A DNA stretch of 63,555 bases, filler included, from Reclinomonas americana ATCC 50394 (Eukaryota), in the NCBI GenBank assembly GCA_048213135.1. It is 6 parts of 5 records of this genome, joined end to end, with 100 filler letters (N's around TTAATTAATTAA, not from the genome) between each part and the next. Parts side by side here need not be neighbours in the genome. Positions count along the whole stretch, not along the records: positions 1 to 14,755 come from PS015591.1; 5 more parts are not named here. The stretch is one strand, 5' to 3'. Position 1 is the first letter of the stretch, and the number at the start of each line of letters is the position of its first letter. The position numbers and the translations under genes were made by a program. Shown piece by piece: positions 1 through 14,423 of the stretch. The notes under the pieces are model-generated. The model searched no databases and was not told where the DNA came from. It saw only the letters and a list, made by a program, of their open reading frames with translations.

Positions 1-129
1 GAATGTTGCGTGTGTGCGCTTGGTGGAAGAGAAGGGGTGGGAGAGAGAGAGAGAAGGGACTGGGGGGGGAAGAGAATGAGATACAGACTTCGCGCTCTCA
101 CTCGCTCTCACTGATGCACACATTCACTG

Positions 130-164
<35 letters not shown>

Positions 165-391
165 TGCACGCACGCACACACACAACGCTCACAGTCACAC
201 ACAACGCACACATACTCTCGCGCCGAAACCTGATTCCTCTTCCTTTGCTCTCTCTCTCACCCTCCCTCCCTCCTTCCCTCTCTCCCTCACTTGCACACTC
301 CCATTGCCTCGCATCTCCACGCGTGCACATGCATTTGCGGTTTTGTGTGACACTGATTTCTCACTTCCCTTGATTTCTCGCACACACACAG

Positions 392-1199
392 GAGGTGCAG
401 AAGAACGAGTGGGATCGCGCTGTGTTGCGACTGGACGAGATGGCGGCGACGATCAACCAGGTGCGCCGCAAGGAGACGGCAGGACCGTCGACGCAGCGCA
501 TTGCAGAGCTGGCTGTCAAGTTGTGTGGCGCAGTCACGTTTCTGTTGTTATTGGGATTGTCACTCACCTCCCTCCGTTCAGATCACCGCCAGCGCTGCGC
601 TCCTGGGAGGTGGACACGGATCTCAACGGACAGTTGCATGCGTGGGTTCGTGGCTCGCCAAAGGCCGACATGACGGTGGTCGGTGAGAAGCTGTTCCGAG
701 AGCGTCGTCGTTCGGCGGCTACCTCGCCCGCCGCGCAGCAAAGGTCNNNNNNNNNNNNNNNNNNNNNNNNNNNNNNNNNNNNNNNNNNNNNNNNNNNNNN
801 NNNNNNNNNNNNNNNNNNNNNNNNNNNNNNNNNNNNNNNNNNNNNNNNNNNNNNNNNNNNNNNNNNNNNNNNNNNNNNNNNNNNNNNNNNNNNNNNNNNN
901 NNNNNNNNNNNNNNNNNNNNNNNNNNNNNNNNNNNNNNNNNNNNNNNNNNNNNNNNNNNNNNNNNNNNNNNNNNNNNNNNNNNNNNNNNNNNNNNNNNNN
1001 NNNNNNNNNNNNNNNNNNNNNNNNNNNNNNNNNNNNNNNNNNNNNNNNNNNNNNNNNNNNNNNNNNNNNNNNNNNNNNNNNNNNNNNNNNNNNNNNNNNN
1101 NNNNNNNNNNNNNNNNNNNNNNNNNNNNNNNNNNNNNNNNNNNNNNNNNNNNNNNNNNNNNNNNNNNNNNNNNNNNNNNNNNNNNNNNNNNNNNNNNNN

Positions 1200-1238
<39 letters not shown>

Positions 1239-4200
1239 GGAAGTGAGTGAGTGAGTGAGAGCGAGAGAGAAAAAAGTTGTTTCCTGCTTGTCACTCAGGT
1301 GCGTCCCACGAACCACAGAGAGAAAGTGAAAGAGGAAGAGAGAGAGCGAGAGAGTAGTTTCTTGCTTGTCCCTCACGCGTGTCCCTCGAAATCACAGAGC
1401 CGGCCCAAGGTGTGTTTGAGAAGCTGGCGGTGAGGGACATTCAGGCGCGTGAGGCTCGTCACCAGCAGCGCGCACATGTGATGGTGCCGGAGTTTGCGTT
1501 CGCTCCACGCATCAACGATCTGAGCAAGACCACCGTGTCGCACGTGATGCGCCCGCCGCCACAAGGCATTCGCATGCAGTCGCCGCCGCCATCAGCAACT
1601 GCTGCTGCGCCACCTGCTGCTGCTTCTGCCGCTGCTGCTGCCAATGGTTCCCCCTCGGCGCCAGCCACTGCTGGCTCGCCTCAGGCCGCCGCCGCCGCCG
1701 CCGCGCCCACCGAGTCGCCGGGTGATGTGCCCGACATTTTCTCGCGCCTCCACCGCCTGCACAAGCAGAAGCTGGAGAAGGTGAAGACGGTGCAGGAGGT
1801 GGAGGAGGAGGAGCGCAACAAGCACGAGTCGGAGGAGGCCAAGCATTACTTCCAGCCCGAGATCTCGCCCTCGAGTCGCAAACTCAAGCGTGAGGGTTCC
1901 GAGTTGTGGCAGCGAGTCACCGATGCGGATGGCAAGCGCAAGGCCGAGCATTTGGCGCAGATGCAGGAGAAGGTGGGTGGGAAGGGGGAAGGAAGGGACA
2001 AAGGGATAGAGAACAGCGGCAGCAAGATTTGCAGAGACGCACACACAAGTGCTTTGTGCTCTTACCAGATTGCTCAACAAATCGTGTGTGCGATTGCAGA
2101 AAGCCGAGGCGGACCGCCAAGTCGTGTACCCGTTCTCGCCGACGATTTGCGACGCCACCAAGAGGCTGCTGCTGCAACGACAGGAGGCTGAACGAGCGCG
2201 CATTCTGCAAGAGAAGGAGACGCTGGAGTCGCTGATCAAGGAGCACGAGGAGGCTCTGGCCGACGCCGAGCGCATTGAGGCGCAACAGTCGCAGCGCACA
2301 GGCATGACAACAAAGGAGCGGTTGCGATCACCGCATCTCACTCTCGAGTTTCGTACTCGTTGACTCGCGATGTGGTGGAGGCCTTGTGTCTCACTGAGCA
2401 ATTACAGCAACATCAAGAAAAAGCTGCAGGAGGAGCACAGCAAGATTGAGCAGTCGCTCAACAGCCTGCCGGACCTGTCGCAGCAGTGGGCCGCCAATCG
2501 CTACTTGTACTCGGACAACTCGCGTCACGAGTATCTGTTGCGTGGAATTCACAGAGCACAACTTTTGCTGCAGGTGTCTTCCATCGAAAACTCACCCGTA
2601 TTCTCTTGTGCTTTCCAATTGTTAGGTATCTGCTGTCGGGCTTGAGAAAGGCCGAGCGCGAGCGCCGCCTGGCCCAGGAGAAGGAACGATACCCGCATCA
2701 GCCGCAGACGGGCCGCGGACCCCGACCCACCATGTATCAGCGTGCCAAGGCACAGGCGGCCGGCGCAGGAGCCGGTGGCGGCGCGGGACCGCGCTCTGCG
2801 TCGCGCTCGCCCGACGGCTTCTCCGGCGGTGCGTTCTCCATGGACAACCTGTCGGAGGATGTGGCGTCGCCCGGCTTTGGACCGATGGGTTACACGGCCA
2901 ACGAGGGTATTGAGTTGCTCGACGGATCGCATCTCAACTATCGCACGGCGGGGGAGGTGCTGCCGTCCATGGCCGAGCGGTTGTACTCGGAGTTTGGTTT
3001 TGTGGCGGCGCAGGTGAGCGGAGAAAGAGAAGGGGTTTGGGAGGGGAAGAGAGGGAGGGGAAGGGGAAGGCAGGGGAAGGGAGGGGAAGAGAGAGAGGTG
3101 GTGCGACAAGGAGTTGAGAGGGGTTTAGATGGGAAGAGATGGAGAGAGTGGCAGTGGGAAAGGGCAACGGAAGGAAGTGAGGGTGGAGGGTGAAGGAGTT
3201 GAGGGAAGGAGAGGGCAGTGGGAGGAGGTGAGAGAGGTGGCTGTGGAAACTCGTTGGGATGGCAGGCTGTGTGTCAAGTGAAACAGGTCTGTGTGCGAAT
3301 GTGAGAGAGAATCCTTGTGGAGAGAGCGGATACACAACGACGACTGTATGTGCCGCACGGCAATCGGTGTAACTGTGACTGTGCAGAGTTGACAACTCAA
3401 CAAGAGAGAGAGATAATGATTTGCACAGACGAGGAAGAGGAGAGAAAGATGTGAAGACTGTGAGAGCTGCATTACAAGGGAATTCTAGTTGGTGATGGAG
3501 AGAGAAACACGGAGGAGCTTTGACCTCACTGCTTTGCCCTCCCACCTCCCCTTTCAGCAAACGGCCGGTGTGCAACACGACCCGGTGCTGGTGCGTCGGC
3601 GCCGCGAGCAGGAGGAACGCGATGCACTGAACCGCAAGATGGACGAGTGCGATTTGGAGAAGCCGGCAGAGGAGGAGACCAAGAAGTCGGCCATTGATCC
3701 GGCCTCACTGCGTGCCGCCCTCAAGTACTTTGGCCGGTTCGACGTGGCGTATGCGACGGCGGAGGAGATTGAGGCGGTGGCGCGTGTGTTCCAGCGCAAC
3801 ATGCTGCGCGAGGGTCGTGCGGCGTCGGAGTTTGACGACGACTCGTCGTCGTTTGGCTCGGATGGTGACTTTGAGACGGCGTCGATTGGCAGCCGTGGAT
3901 CGCGTCGCTCGCAACGCTCGCAGCGTTCACAGCGCTCGCAAATGTCGCGTCGCTCGCGCGGTTCGGCTCGCGGACCCCGCACTGGTGGGCGATCCGAGTC
4001 GCCGCGTACTGCATCGCTTGCTGCCGCGGTGGCCAACTCGGGAACGTTGCGTGGGGGTGCGGGGAAGGGAAACGAAGAACAGAGAGAAGGAGTGTTGGAT
4101 TATATGAGAGCTAGATTTGCTTGTCTCGCTCTTTGTCTCACATTCATCCCTTTCCTCTACCCGCAGTCTGTCACCACGGCAAATGCTGCAAGACCAATCG

Positions 4201-4659
4201 CGCGAAGTGGACGACGAGGCAGAGGCGGGTGCCGACGGCTCTCTGGCACGCTCGGCCATCCCACGCCTCTCCAACAAGCGGGCGACACGCACGTCGCTGT
4301 CGCAGCTGCGCCGCACGCAGCGCACGCAGTCGCGCATGGAGGTGTTGAAGGCGGTCACCAGCGAAACCGATGCTCCCATCCAGTCGGTGTGGCAGCTGGA
4401 GGGCGAAGGCGGCCCGATGGCGGATGCGTTGAGCATGAGCTCGCGTGCGTCACGTGCCTCGGCATTTGCCGAGTTGGAGCAGGCGCACGATCGTGTGGCT
4501 GCCTCGATGCGTGCCTCGTCGGTGCCGGCTCACGTGCTGCACCAGCGACCGCACTCGAACCCGCACTCGCGCTCAGGCTCTGGTTCGGCTACAGCCTCGC
4601 CACCGTTGTCGCCGGCGTCTGCCGATCATGTGCGAAGTGCCGTGGCGCCACCGGCTTGA
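392..4659 (+). CDS. Multi-exon hypothetical coiled-coil protein, 5'-partial and gapped; repeated F-x-P-x-I and 'F/AERLY'-like motifs suggest a microtubule/centrosome-associated protein
   Basis: GT-AG introns keep frame (520-581, 2321-2407, 4046-4166). Repeated motifs FAFAPRIN, YFQPEIS, YPFSPTIC, YPHQPQT, IFSRLH, MAERLY. Stop TGA at 4657-4659. Function is inference only. Confidence 0.6.
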
Positions 4660-5711
4660 GAATGTGAGGGGGAAGGGGGAGAGGGAAAGGGGGAAGGGAG
4701 AAGGGGGAAGGGATTTCTTTCTTTTTTGAGACATCTATTGTGGAATGTACGATGTGGTGATTTGGCAACTGTAGCAGAAGAGCAGCTGTCTTGCAACCAC
4801 AATTCNNNNNNNNNNNNNNNNNNNNNNNNNNNNNNNNNNNNNNNNNNNNNNNNNNNNNNNNNNNNNNNNNNNNNNNNNNNNNNNNNNNNNNNNNNNNNNN
4901 NNNNNNNNNNNNNNNNNNNNNNNNNNNNNNNNNNNNNNNNNNNNNNNNNNNNNNNNNNNNNNNNNNNNNNNNNNNNNNNNNNNNNNNNNNNNNNNNNNNN
5001 NNNNNNNNNNNNNNNNNNNNNNNNNNNNNNNNNNNNNNNNNNNNNNNNNNNNNNNNNNNNNNNNNNNNNNNNNNNNNNNNNNNNNNNNNNNNNNNNNNNN
5101 NNNNNNNNNNNNNNNNNNNNNNNNNNNNNNNNNNNNNNNNNNNNNNNNNNNNNNNNNNNNNNNNNNNNNNNNNNNNNNNNNNNNNNNNNNNNNNNNNNNN
5201 NNNNNNNNNNNNNNNNNNNNNNNNNNNNNNNNNNNNNNNNNNNNNNNNNNNNNNNNNNNNNNNNNNNNNNNNNNNNNNNNNNNNNNNNNNNNNNNNNNNN
5301 NNNNNNNNNNNNNNNNNNNNNNNNNNNNNNNNNNNNNNNNNNNNNNNNNNNNNNNNNNNNNNNNNNNNNNNNNNNNNNNNNNNNNNNNNNNNNNNNNNNN
5401 NNNNNNNNNNNNNNNNNNNNNNNNNNNNNNNNNNNNNNNNNNNNNNNNNNNNNNNNNNNNNNNNNNNNNNNNNNNNNNNNNNNNNNNNNNNNNNNNNNNN
5501 NNNNNNNNNNNNNNNNNNNNNNNNNNNNNNNNNNNNNNNNNNNNNNNNNNNNNNNNNNNNNNNNNNNNNNNNNNNNNNNNNNNNNNNNNNNNNNNNNNNN
5601 NNNNNNNNNNNNNNNNNNNNNNNNNNNNNNNNNNNNNNNNNNNNNNNNNNNNNNNNNNNNNNNNNNNNNNNNNNNNNNNNNNNNNNNNNNNNNNNNNNNN
5701 NNNNNNNNNNN

Positions 5712-6680
5712 NTACGGTGCCGTAGGCGCAGCACCCGCTGCACCTGCTGCTGCGGAATCGTGCGCAGCAGCACCACCAACCATCACCGACGCAGCCGCAG
5801 TGCTCGCCGCTCCCACATTGCCACCGGCCCCGCGCGCTCCCGACGGACTTGACGAGGAGTTGCCGGCGGTCGACGAATCCAGATTGCCGCCCTTGAGCGA
5901 CGGCGCATCCGAGTCCAACGAGAAGCTGCGCAAGACGAGTGTGAGAGAAATGATCGAACATTGGCAAGTTACGATTGACGCAACGAAAAGCCACTCGAGG
6001 CACTGCCAGTGGACTCGACACGAGTGTGGCGCCCGCCTCGTCCACTGCCTGGTGTGCCCGCACCCGGCAGAGGCGGAGGAGGCGTGCGACCCATCATTCC
6101 CGCCGCAGTAATCGACGATCCCACAGGCGTCTGCGGTGTTCCCAGAGGACCCAGAGGCGGTTTTGAAATGGGCTGTGACTGTGACACACACACACACGCG
6201 CGCAAGAGTGAGTCGACGCACAGAGGCAGCGAGGCAGAGAGCGCAATGGCCAACAGCGGACATGTCCCTGGTCGAACGACCGCCGCGACGCAAGACCACA
6301 AGTGGAAAGAGAGCACAGAAGAAGAAGAACGCACGAGGAGACGCATGCGAAACGTGACGATTCCCTCGTCTTGTATCAGCATTTTGCCCTGGACGACTGC
6401 CCGAAATACTCACGTGGCACGCGTACACGCCTCTCTCTCTCTCTCTTAAGACACTCACCATGGCATAGAGCGGATTGATGTTGAGTCGCGCTGGATCCTC
6501 GCCACCAACACTGGCCACACTCATCAACAACGCAGTCGACGAAGGCACCATGTGCTGATGCTGATGATGATGATGAGCGGCGCTCGATGATGATGAAAGT
6601 GGCAATGATTGCGCTGAAGCAGCAAGTGCAACAGAAGGAGCTAGTGCTGTAACACCTCCCGCAGCGGCAGCAGGCACCTC
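5712..6680 (-). CDS. Internal fragment of a low-complexity Ser/Ala/Gly/Pro-rich protein between two gaps
   Basis: Minus-strand exons with a GTGAGT donor after NPLYAM and a frame-preserving intron 5984-5926 (SSGFS|FSLDSDAP). Confidence 0.5.
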
Positions 6681-8119
6681 NNNNNNNNNNNNNNNNNNNN
6701 NNNNNNNNNNNNNNNNNNNNNNNNNNNNNNNNNNNNNNNNNNNNNNNNNNNNNNNNNNNNNNNNNNNNNNNNNNNNNNNNNNNNNNNNNNNNNNNNNNNN
6801 NNNNNNNNNNNNNNNNNNNNNNNNNNNNNNNNNNNNNNNNNNNNNNNNNNNNNNNNNNNNNNNNNNNNNNNNNNNNNNNNNNNNNNNNNNNNNNNNNNNN
6901 NNNNNNNNNNNNNNNNNNNNNNNNNNNNNNNNNNNNNNNNNNNNNNNNNNNNNNNNNNNNNNNNNNNNNNNNNNNNNNNNNNNNNNNNNNNNNNNNNNNN
7001 NNNNNNNNNNNNNNNNNNNNNNNNNNNNNNNNNNNNNNNNNNNNNNNNNNNNNNNNNNNNNNNNNNNNNNNNNNNNNNNNNNNNNNNNNNNNNNNNNNNN
7101 NNNNNNNNNNNNNNNNNNNNNNNNNNNNNNNNNNNNNNNNNNNNNNNNNNNNNNNNNNNNNNNNNNNNNNNNNNNNNNNNNNNNNNNNNNNNNNNNNNNN
7201 NNNNNNNNNNNNNNNNNNNNNNNNNNNNNNNNNNNNNNNNNNNNNNNNNNNNNNNNNNNNNNNNNNNNNNNNNNNNNNNNNNNNNNNNNNNNNNNNNNNN
7301 NNNNNNNNNNNNNNNNNNNNNNNNNNNNNNNNNNNNNNNNNNNNNNNNNNNNNNNNNNNNNNNNNNNNNNNNNNNNNNNNNNNNNNNNNNNNNNNNNNNN
7401 NNNNNNNNNNNNNNNNNNNNNNNNNNNNNNNNNNNNNNNNNNNNNNNNNNNNNNNNNNNNNNNNNNNNNNNNNNNNNNNNNNNNNNNNNNNNNNNNNNNN
7501 NNNNNNNNNNNNNNNNNNNNNNNNNNNNNNNNNNNNNNNNNNNNNNNNNNNNNNNNNNNNNNNNNNNNNNNNNNNNNNNNNNNNNNNNNNNNNNNNNNNN
7601 NNNNNNNNNNNNNNNNNNNNNNNNNNNNNNNNNNNTACTCCGGATTCTGTGCCGCGGGTGGATGGTGTGCCCGTGAGCGGCGGATCGCAACGGGTGCGCG
7701 CGGTGGCGCCGAATGTGGATCGATTTGGATTCCTTGTGGTTGACGGGTGAGTGGGAGAGCGGCGGCAGTGGGGTGGTGAAGGGTAGGAGAGAGAGAGCAT
7801 ATTGCGAAGAGAAACAGCAACTCATCTCAATTCATGTCGTTACCTATTGCTCCGNNNNNNNNNNNNNNNNNNNNTGTTGTTCCGTGTGCCTTTCTGCTTC
7901 CCGTCGCCTTTCTCCTCGTGGCCCTCGTCGTTTCTCTCCCTCCCCGCCGGCGTCGCTTCTCTGGCTCCTCTCCCCCGGCGTCGCTTCTCGCTCCTCCTCC
8001 AAGCGTCGCTCCTATCCTTTCTCATACCCCTTCCCCCAATACCTCCTTCCCCTCTTCTCCTTTCCCGCTCACCTCTCGATCGCAGCGAGGGCGGCCACCA
8101 CACGTCACCATCGGCACCG

Positions 8120-9602
8120 ATGTCGGAAAAGGACATGAGCATTGAGCAGCGGAGGGTGGAAAAGTGGCTCAACATGCTCTCGAGATGGGAGGAGTACTCG
8201 ACTGAGCATCCACGCCGCGTCAAGAGACGAGTACGCAAGGGTGAGTTGTGGCGAAGAAGAATTAGGCATTTTTGAAGTCTGTTGCTCATTCTCCTCGTCA
8301 TCCCCCGCAGGCATTCCCGATCGGTTCGCCCCCTCTCCTCCGTTGCCCCCAGCCTTATCCTCCCCTCACCTTCTTTTATTATTGCAGTGTGCGATGGAAG
8401 GCATGGCAGGTTCTGAGTGGATCCGACGAGCTGCTGCGACGGAACCCGGGCTCGTACCAGAAGCTGGTGGAGACGGGCATGTCGCGCTTCGAGCATGTCA
8501 TCACTGTGGATCTGCCGCGCACGTTCCCCAACCACGTAATGTTCCTCGACAAGGACGGCACGGGCCAGCAAGGCCTCTACAATGTGCTGAAGGCCTACGC
8601 CTCATACGACCACCAAGTCGGTGCGTTGCATGTGTTGTCCCAGATCACGGCGAGTGCGCGAGTGGCTCATGCGGGGCGACGACACACAGGGTACTGCCAG
8701 GGCATGGGATTTCTGACTGGCGTGCTGCTGACCTACATGTCGGAGGAGGAGGCGTTTTGGCTGCTCGTGCGCCTGATGGAGAACTACGACATTGCGCGCA
8801 TGTATGCCAAGTGCGTTGCTGTTTTTAGCTTTGTGCACTCTTTATGTCCGTTCGCTCTTCTCACCACTCTCTCCTCCACGCACGCGCAGTGGTTTCCCGC
8901 TGCTGGGCGAGAGCTTTGCGGTGTTTGACCGGCTATTTGCGAAGCACTGCCCGCGGTTATTCCAGCACTTTAACGAGCAGGGTGTGAACATTCGCATGTG
9001 GGGCTCCAAGTGGTTCATGACGCTCTTCTCGTACGACTTCCCGTTCCAATGCGTGGTGCGAGTGTGGGATGTGTTCCTCGCGGAGGGCTGGAAGATCATT
9101 TACCGGGTGGCCATTGCGGTCATGAAGATGCATGAAGGTGCGGCGGCGACGGCGGCGAACAGGCACGCACTGTCATTCTGTGCATGTGGCTGACGATTTT
9201 CTCTTTGCACCGCACAGAGTACCTCATGACGCTCGACTTTGAGGGCCTGATGACGGGCACCATGACCGAGCTGCCACGGAAGATCGATCCGAATGTGCTG
9301 ATAAAACGAGCATTGCGGATACCGCTGACACGCACGCGGCTGGCCAAGTACGTGCTCGCGTACCGAGAGTCACTGCCGACGGACTCTGATGGTGAGCGTG
9401 CCTCGTTCTACCATTTTTTCTGTTCCAAGACTCACCTTCCCTCTTCGCAGCTGTTGATCGATCGGGCTCCGTGTCGTCATCCTCGTCACACGCCGCCGCT
9501 GCGTCAGCGGAGATTGTGGTCGCACCCATGCGCTCCCCGACTCCACGAGCCACGGCGGCCGGTCTCGGACCCTTGACGCGTGTCAAGGCGCCCGCGGCAT
9601 AG
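8120..9602 (+). CDS. Rab-GAP TBC-domain protein (USP6NL/TBC1D10-like)
   Basis: Spliced peptide RVRKGIPDRVRWKAW...ITVDLPRTFP (Arg finger)...GYCQGMGF (Gln finger)...EEEAFWLL...VRVWDVFLAEG. Seven exons, stop TAG at 9600-9602. Confidence 0.92.
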
Positions 9603-10185
9603 TTGTGGTGATTTCTCTCTTTTTTGTGTTTGGTTTACCTGTTTTTTTACGTTGCAGGAGTGTTGTGCGAGCGCAGTTGTTGCGTTCGCTCCACTCCTCT
9701 TGTGTTTCCTTCAATGTTTAGCTTGTCGGCGCGCCGTGGTGTTCCTCCTCATTACCCCCTCCTTCCTTTCTCTCTGTGTTGTTCTCCCACGGTGCACCGA
9801 TGCCGCAGTCGTCGCTCAGACCGACGTTGTATTTCTCCCCTCCCCCCTCTCTCTCCCCCCTTACTCGCCACTCGTAACTGTTTCGCTTACCTCTTGTGCT
9901 GTTGCGTCATCATCATCCTTCCGCGGTATCTTGTGCTATTGTTGAATTGCACACCTGTCGTCGGGATTGATGCTTGCACAGCACCTTGTTGGTTATCTCT
10001 GTTAGCATGCAGAGTGGGAATGGAGTTTGTGGTGGATGTGAAGCGGCGATGGACACATGTCCACCACCGCCACGCCACCGCCTCCGTGCCCTCACTCTCT
10101 CACCCTCAATGTTTCTCAAATGCCCAAACGTAAAAAAAGTGAATGCATTGTATGTTCATTGATCACGATCAGTGGAGCGGTGTTT

Positions 10186-13100
10186 TTATTTCCTTTTCTG
10201 TGCCACGGACTTGGAGACCTCGGCCGCCCACGCCTGGTTGATGGCGCGCTGCGCCACTGCGTTGCCAAAGAGCACTGCGCAGAAGAAAAAAAGTGAGCAG
10301 AACTGTCGAGAGCAACGAATGCTGCAGCACCGCCGCGTAACTTTCAAACATGGTGCGCTGCGCCTCGACCACGGCACGACCAAACACTGCGGGATTTGGT
10401 GGACCTCGCGGAATACTGTGACATGAAGAGTGAGTGTCTATCAACCAAAAAATAAGAACACACGCCGTCGATGATCACTCAACTCGACAGCCGCCGGCTC
10501 GACTTCCACAATCTGCACACGACGTGAGAAAAACAGACTCCGAGAAGTGTACGTGGACTTGCACGCAACTGGAATCGGCATGCGAGCCAGGCTCCCCGAT
10601 CCGCCCATGCCTTGCGATGCTGCGTAGACGAGTGAGTGGCAAGCGCGTAAGACCAGTTCGTTTTACGCTCTCACCTGCACCATCATCGGAATCCGACACA
10701 TTGTCGCCGGGCGGCGCCAGCTCGCGCAACACCAGCTGCGGTGACGAAGCGCCGCCGGCTGCCTGCGGCCCCCGGATCGACGACGGCGAATCGGGACTCA
10801 GTGGCGAGATGGCAGTGGGACTGCCGAAGACGGAGGGCGACAGGGGTGCGGCGCCACCGGCTGCCGACACCGGTCCCAGTGTGCTCTGCTGGATGCGTCG
10901 CCACTCGTCCGGCGTGGCAAACGCAGCATCCACGACTGCCGTCACGGATCGCGATCAGTCACTAATCAAACACACGCACACGGTGCGCAGGGAAAGAAAC
11001 GCACATGACAACTGCTCGAGTGGCGATCGCATGGTGCTGAGAATCTCGGCAGCAGTCAGCGTCTTGCCGCCCGTCATCAGCAACACACGGCGCACGCTCT
11101 CGTCGGAGGATGTGTGCATCAGGGCGCCGCTCATGCGCAGCACCACGGCGGCCAGGATCGCCGGCATCAGCACTCCGCCAGAGAGCAGGTACTGGTCCAT
11201 GAGCGTCACCGCCACGGTCAGTGGGACGTGGCCGACGAGCAGGTGGTCGGCCAGTACGCAGATGTGTCGTTGTGAGCGCTAAGGAGAGAGGGGAAGGGGG
11301 GGAAGGGGGGAAGGGGGGAGAAGGGGAAGAAGACTGAGTGAACAAAACAAGTTGTTCAGGAAGAAAGCGCAGGATGAGCGAGAGATATTGCAGCTCGCTC
11401 CTCACAGCAGCAAGGACGAGCTGTCTGTATGTAGGGAAAGAGAGCTGTAGAGAACAGTTCGACTATCATTGCAGCTGAGTCTGGCTGTCTACTCCACTTG
11501 CAAGAAAGAATGTGGACGTGGAAAGCGAGAGCTGGAGAGTGTCGCTCATTCTCTGACAACCGCAGGAACGAGTGCGACGGCGAGCAGGCAAGAATACAGT
11601 TCTCATCACCGCTGTGTCTATCTTATTCAATCGCGCGGCCAAGGAAAGAGAGAGCTGAAGAACAGCTTTTCTCTCGTTTAATCCTGAGGTCGCCACTGAG
11701 ACACACTTTCTACAACTGCAGGAGGAGCAAAAGAGAACACAACTCGTCCTTTAACTTACAGTCTGTCCCTTGAGATGCGAGAGAGGCCAAGGCCAAGGTA
11801 CGAGAGAGATAAAGAGAACTCTGACTCTTCTCTCTCTCTACAGCAGAAGGAAGCGTCGGAATAGCGAGAAGATTACAGCTCGCCCCATTTACCCCTTGAT
11901 TGCAGAGGAGAATGTAAAGGAAGTCTCTGACGTCATGCTGGAGAAGAGATTGCTGCCTGCCACCCTGATCTCACTCTTATTGAAGAAGAAAGAACAGAGA
12001 GCGCAAGAGCCTTCAGGCATCTTCCCACTCAATCTCATCTGCAACTGTGGACAACTCGTGTCATCCCGCAGTCACGGTCGCTCCTTTCTGAATGAGAAGA
12101 TGATATAGAGAGCTGGAGAGAATACAACTTGTCCCTCGCTACAGCCTGACTCAACAGTCTCCCTTTCCCTTTTCCCCCCTCCACTCACCACTGCCCCACC
12201 ATCGCCACACACGTGCTGCATGTGGTGCACCAGGTTCGGCTGCACACTCATGCACAGCTGCACGGCCTGCTTGGCACACTCGCGATTCAGTGGCAGACCG
12301 TCGGCGGCGCCATTCTGCGCCTTGACCATGGCTGCTGCAAACGACGCCAAGCGACGGCTCTCCAGTTTCGTATTGAAGGTGCTCATCAGCGCCACCAACA
12401 CGTGTGCCAGCGATCTGCGTCGTTGCATGAGAAGGGCGACCATAGCAACAACACACACACAAGACGCGATGCAACGCACGTGATCGAGTCACCCGCCGCG
12501 CCACCGACACCGCTGCGTGTGCTACCAATGGCCGCAAACAGGGCCGGCTCGGCGCACAACGACGCCACATACTTGTTCGTTCGCGACGACTCCATGGACG
12601 GCAGCTCGGCATGCAGAAGCGTCAACACTGCCGCCTCCAGCTGCTCGGCCACTGGGTTGGTCGATGGACCTGCGCAGCACAGCACTGTAAGTGGAGTCAG
12701 AGAAGACAACTGCGACGCTGCAAGCCATAACCCCACCACCCTCATCGTCGTCATCGTCTTCGTGCGACACCACGGCCTGCTTGTCGAGCAGCTGCTGAAA
12801 CCACGATTCCCACACGAGCGCTCGTAATGACGTGCCCATGCGCCGACCGACCAGCTTGCTGGCGTACCGAGTCCACGGATCGTGCTCCGCGCTGCCCGCG
12901 CGCGCGAAAGAGAGAACACATGAGATCACTGTGTCATCAGCACAACGAAACAGCGCCACTCAACAGCCACAGCTGACACAACGCATCCTGCACAGCTGCC
13001 TGCTGCGATCCCACATCGTGCATGTCTGTGACGCGTTCCAGTTGTCGCACCAGCACCCTACACCACGAAGATGAACACCTCTGTTGTCGTCGCGACTAGA

Positions 13101-13367
13101 CACATGACAATCTCGCTCAACTGCCTCGCTTGCGACTGGAATTCGCCAAACACCGGCTCATGCCGCAACGCCTCCAGCGCACTCTCGCCCAATCGCTCAA
13201 ATACATCGCCACTCAACAGATCGCTTTGTCGTCGCCTGGCCGACACTGGTCCACTGATCGCACGAGAAATCAACATCCAAGTCAACAGACACAGACACTC
13301 ACTCTCTCCCTTCTAAGTCTCTCAGTCTCTCAGTCTCTCAGCTCTCTCTACTCTCTCTCTCTCCTCC

Positions 13368-13421
<54 letters not shown>

Positions 13422-13588
13422 CTCAACAGCATCTGCTCCACAAGCTCCTGCAATCGCTCAAACAAACGATCGCTGTGCGGTCCATCTATGTGTCACAGCG
13501 AATGAGCGAAAAACGGTTGACACTGATCGCAAGTCGCACTGCACAGACCCTCCAGTTGGCGCACACACTCGTCCACCCACTGACTCAT
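10186..13588 (-). CDS. Multi-exon hypothetical helical protein, divergent from the KANSL1-like gene
   Basis: ATG at 13588 (MSQWVDECVRQLEG). A series of coding-like exons bounded by GT/AG ends in ...AEVSKSVAQKRK*. No domain recognised with confidence. Confidence 0.55.
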
Positions 13589-13697
13589 CGCTGCGAGATC
13601 GAGGAGCGAGGAACGAAAGAGCGCGAACAATCACCGACTGTGCTCGCTCAATCATCGATTGTATCTCATCGCGGAGACACGCACAGTGATCGCTGTG

Positions 13698-13754
<57 letters not shown>

Positions 13755-13756
13755 CG

Positions 13757-14391
13757 ATGGCCGACGCAGTGCCTCCTTCATCTCCGCCTCATCAAGCAGC
13801 ACCATCGGAGTCGGACGATGTGGAGATGATGACTCAGTCAGTGTCAAGCGATGCCTGCACTGCGGCCTCCACTGCTGCAGTCGCCGTCGATCGCGCAGAC
13901 AGTGGAGGCGACGCAGCAGTCACCGAAGAAGCAGCGATAGTGGAGCATCACATGCAAGTCGATGATGCATTGCCTGGTGTGGCGCACACGACGGAGATGC
14001 CAGTCGGAGTTGAGGCCAGTGGCNNNNNNNNNNNNNNNNNNNNCCTCACCTCATAATGCATCTCCATTCCCACCAACTCATCCACCAGCGAATCCGCCAG
14101 CGCCGCCGCCAAACGCACCGCCCGCGGCGTCTCATACACTGGCGGCGCCGCCCACGTCCGCACCAACCTCGGCGGCGGCGGTGGCGGAGGCGGCGACAGA
14201 GGCGACGGCGAAACCGGCGCCTCATGCACCAACGCACTCGCCGGAGGCCTCGATCGACGATGCATGGCAGCGGCGGCCGCAGCAGCCGCAGCTGCAGCAG
14301 CAGCAGCCGACGACGCAGAAGCTGATGCAGGAGAGGTCGATGACTGCGAAGGACTCGTCGCAGCAACTGCACAAGCAAACTCAGAACGCGC

Positions 14392-14423
<32 letters not shown>

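Noticed and set aside
2531..2625. Another shifted donor at 2537 (GTTGCGT)
   Set aside because: An alternative in-frame GT at 2531 makes it ambiguous, so it was not counted.
10955..11280. TBC-like similarity (LMDQYLL) in the minus-strand hypothetical gene
   Set aside because: No IxxDxxR or YxQ catalytic motifs were seen; too weak to call.
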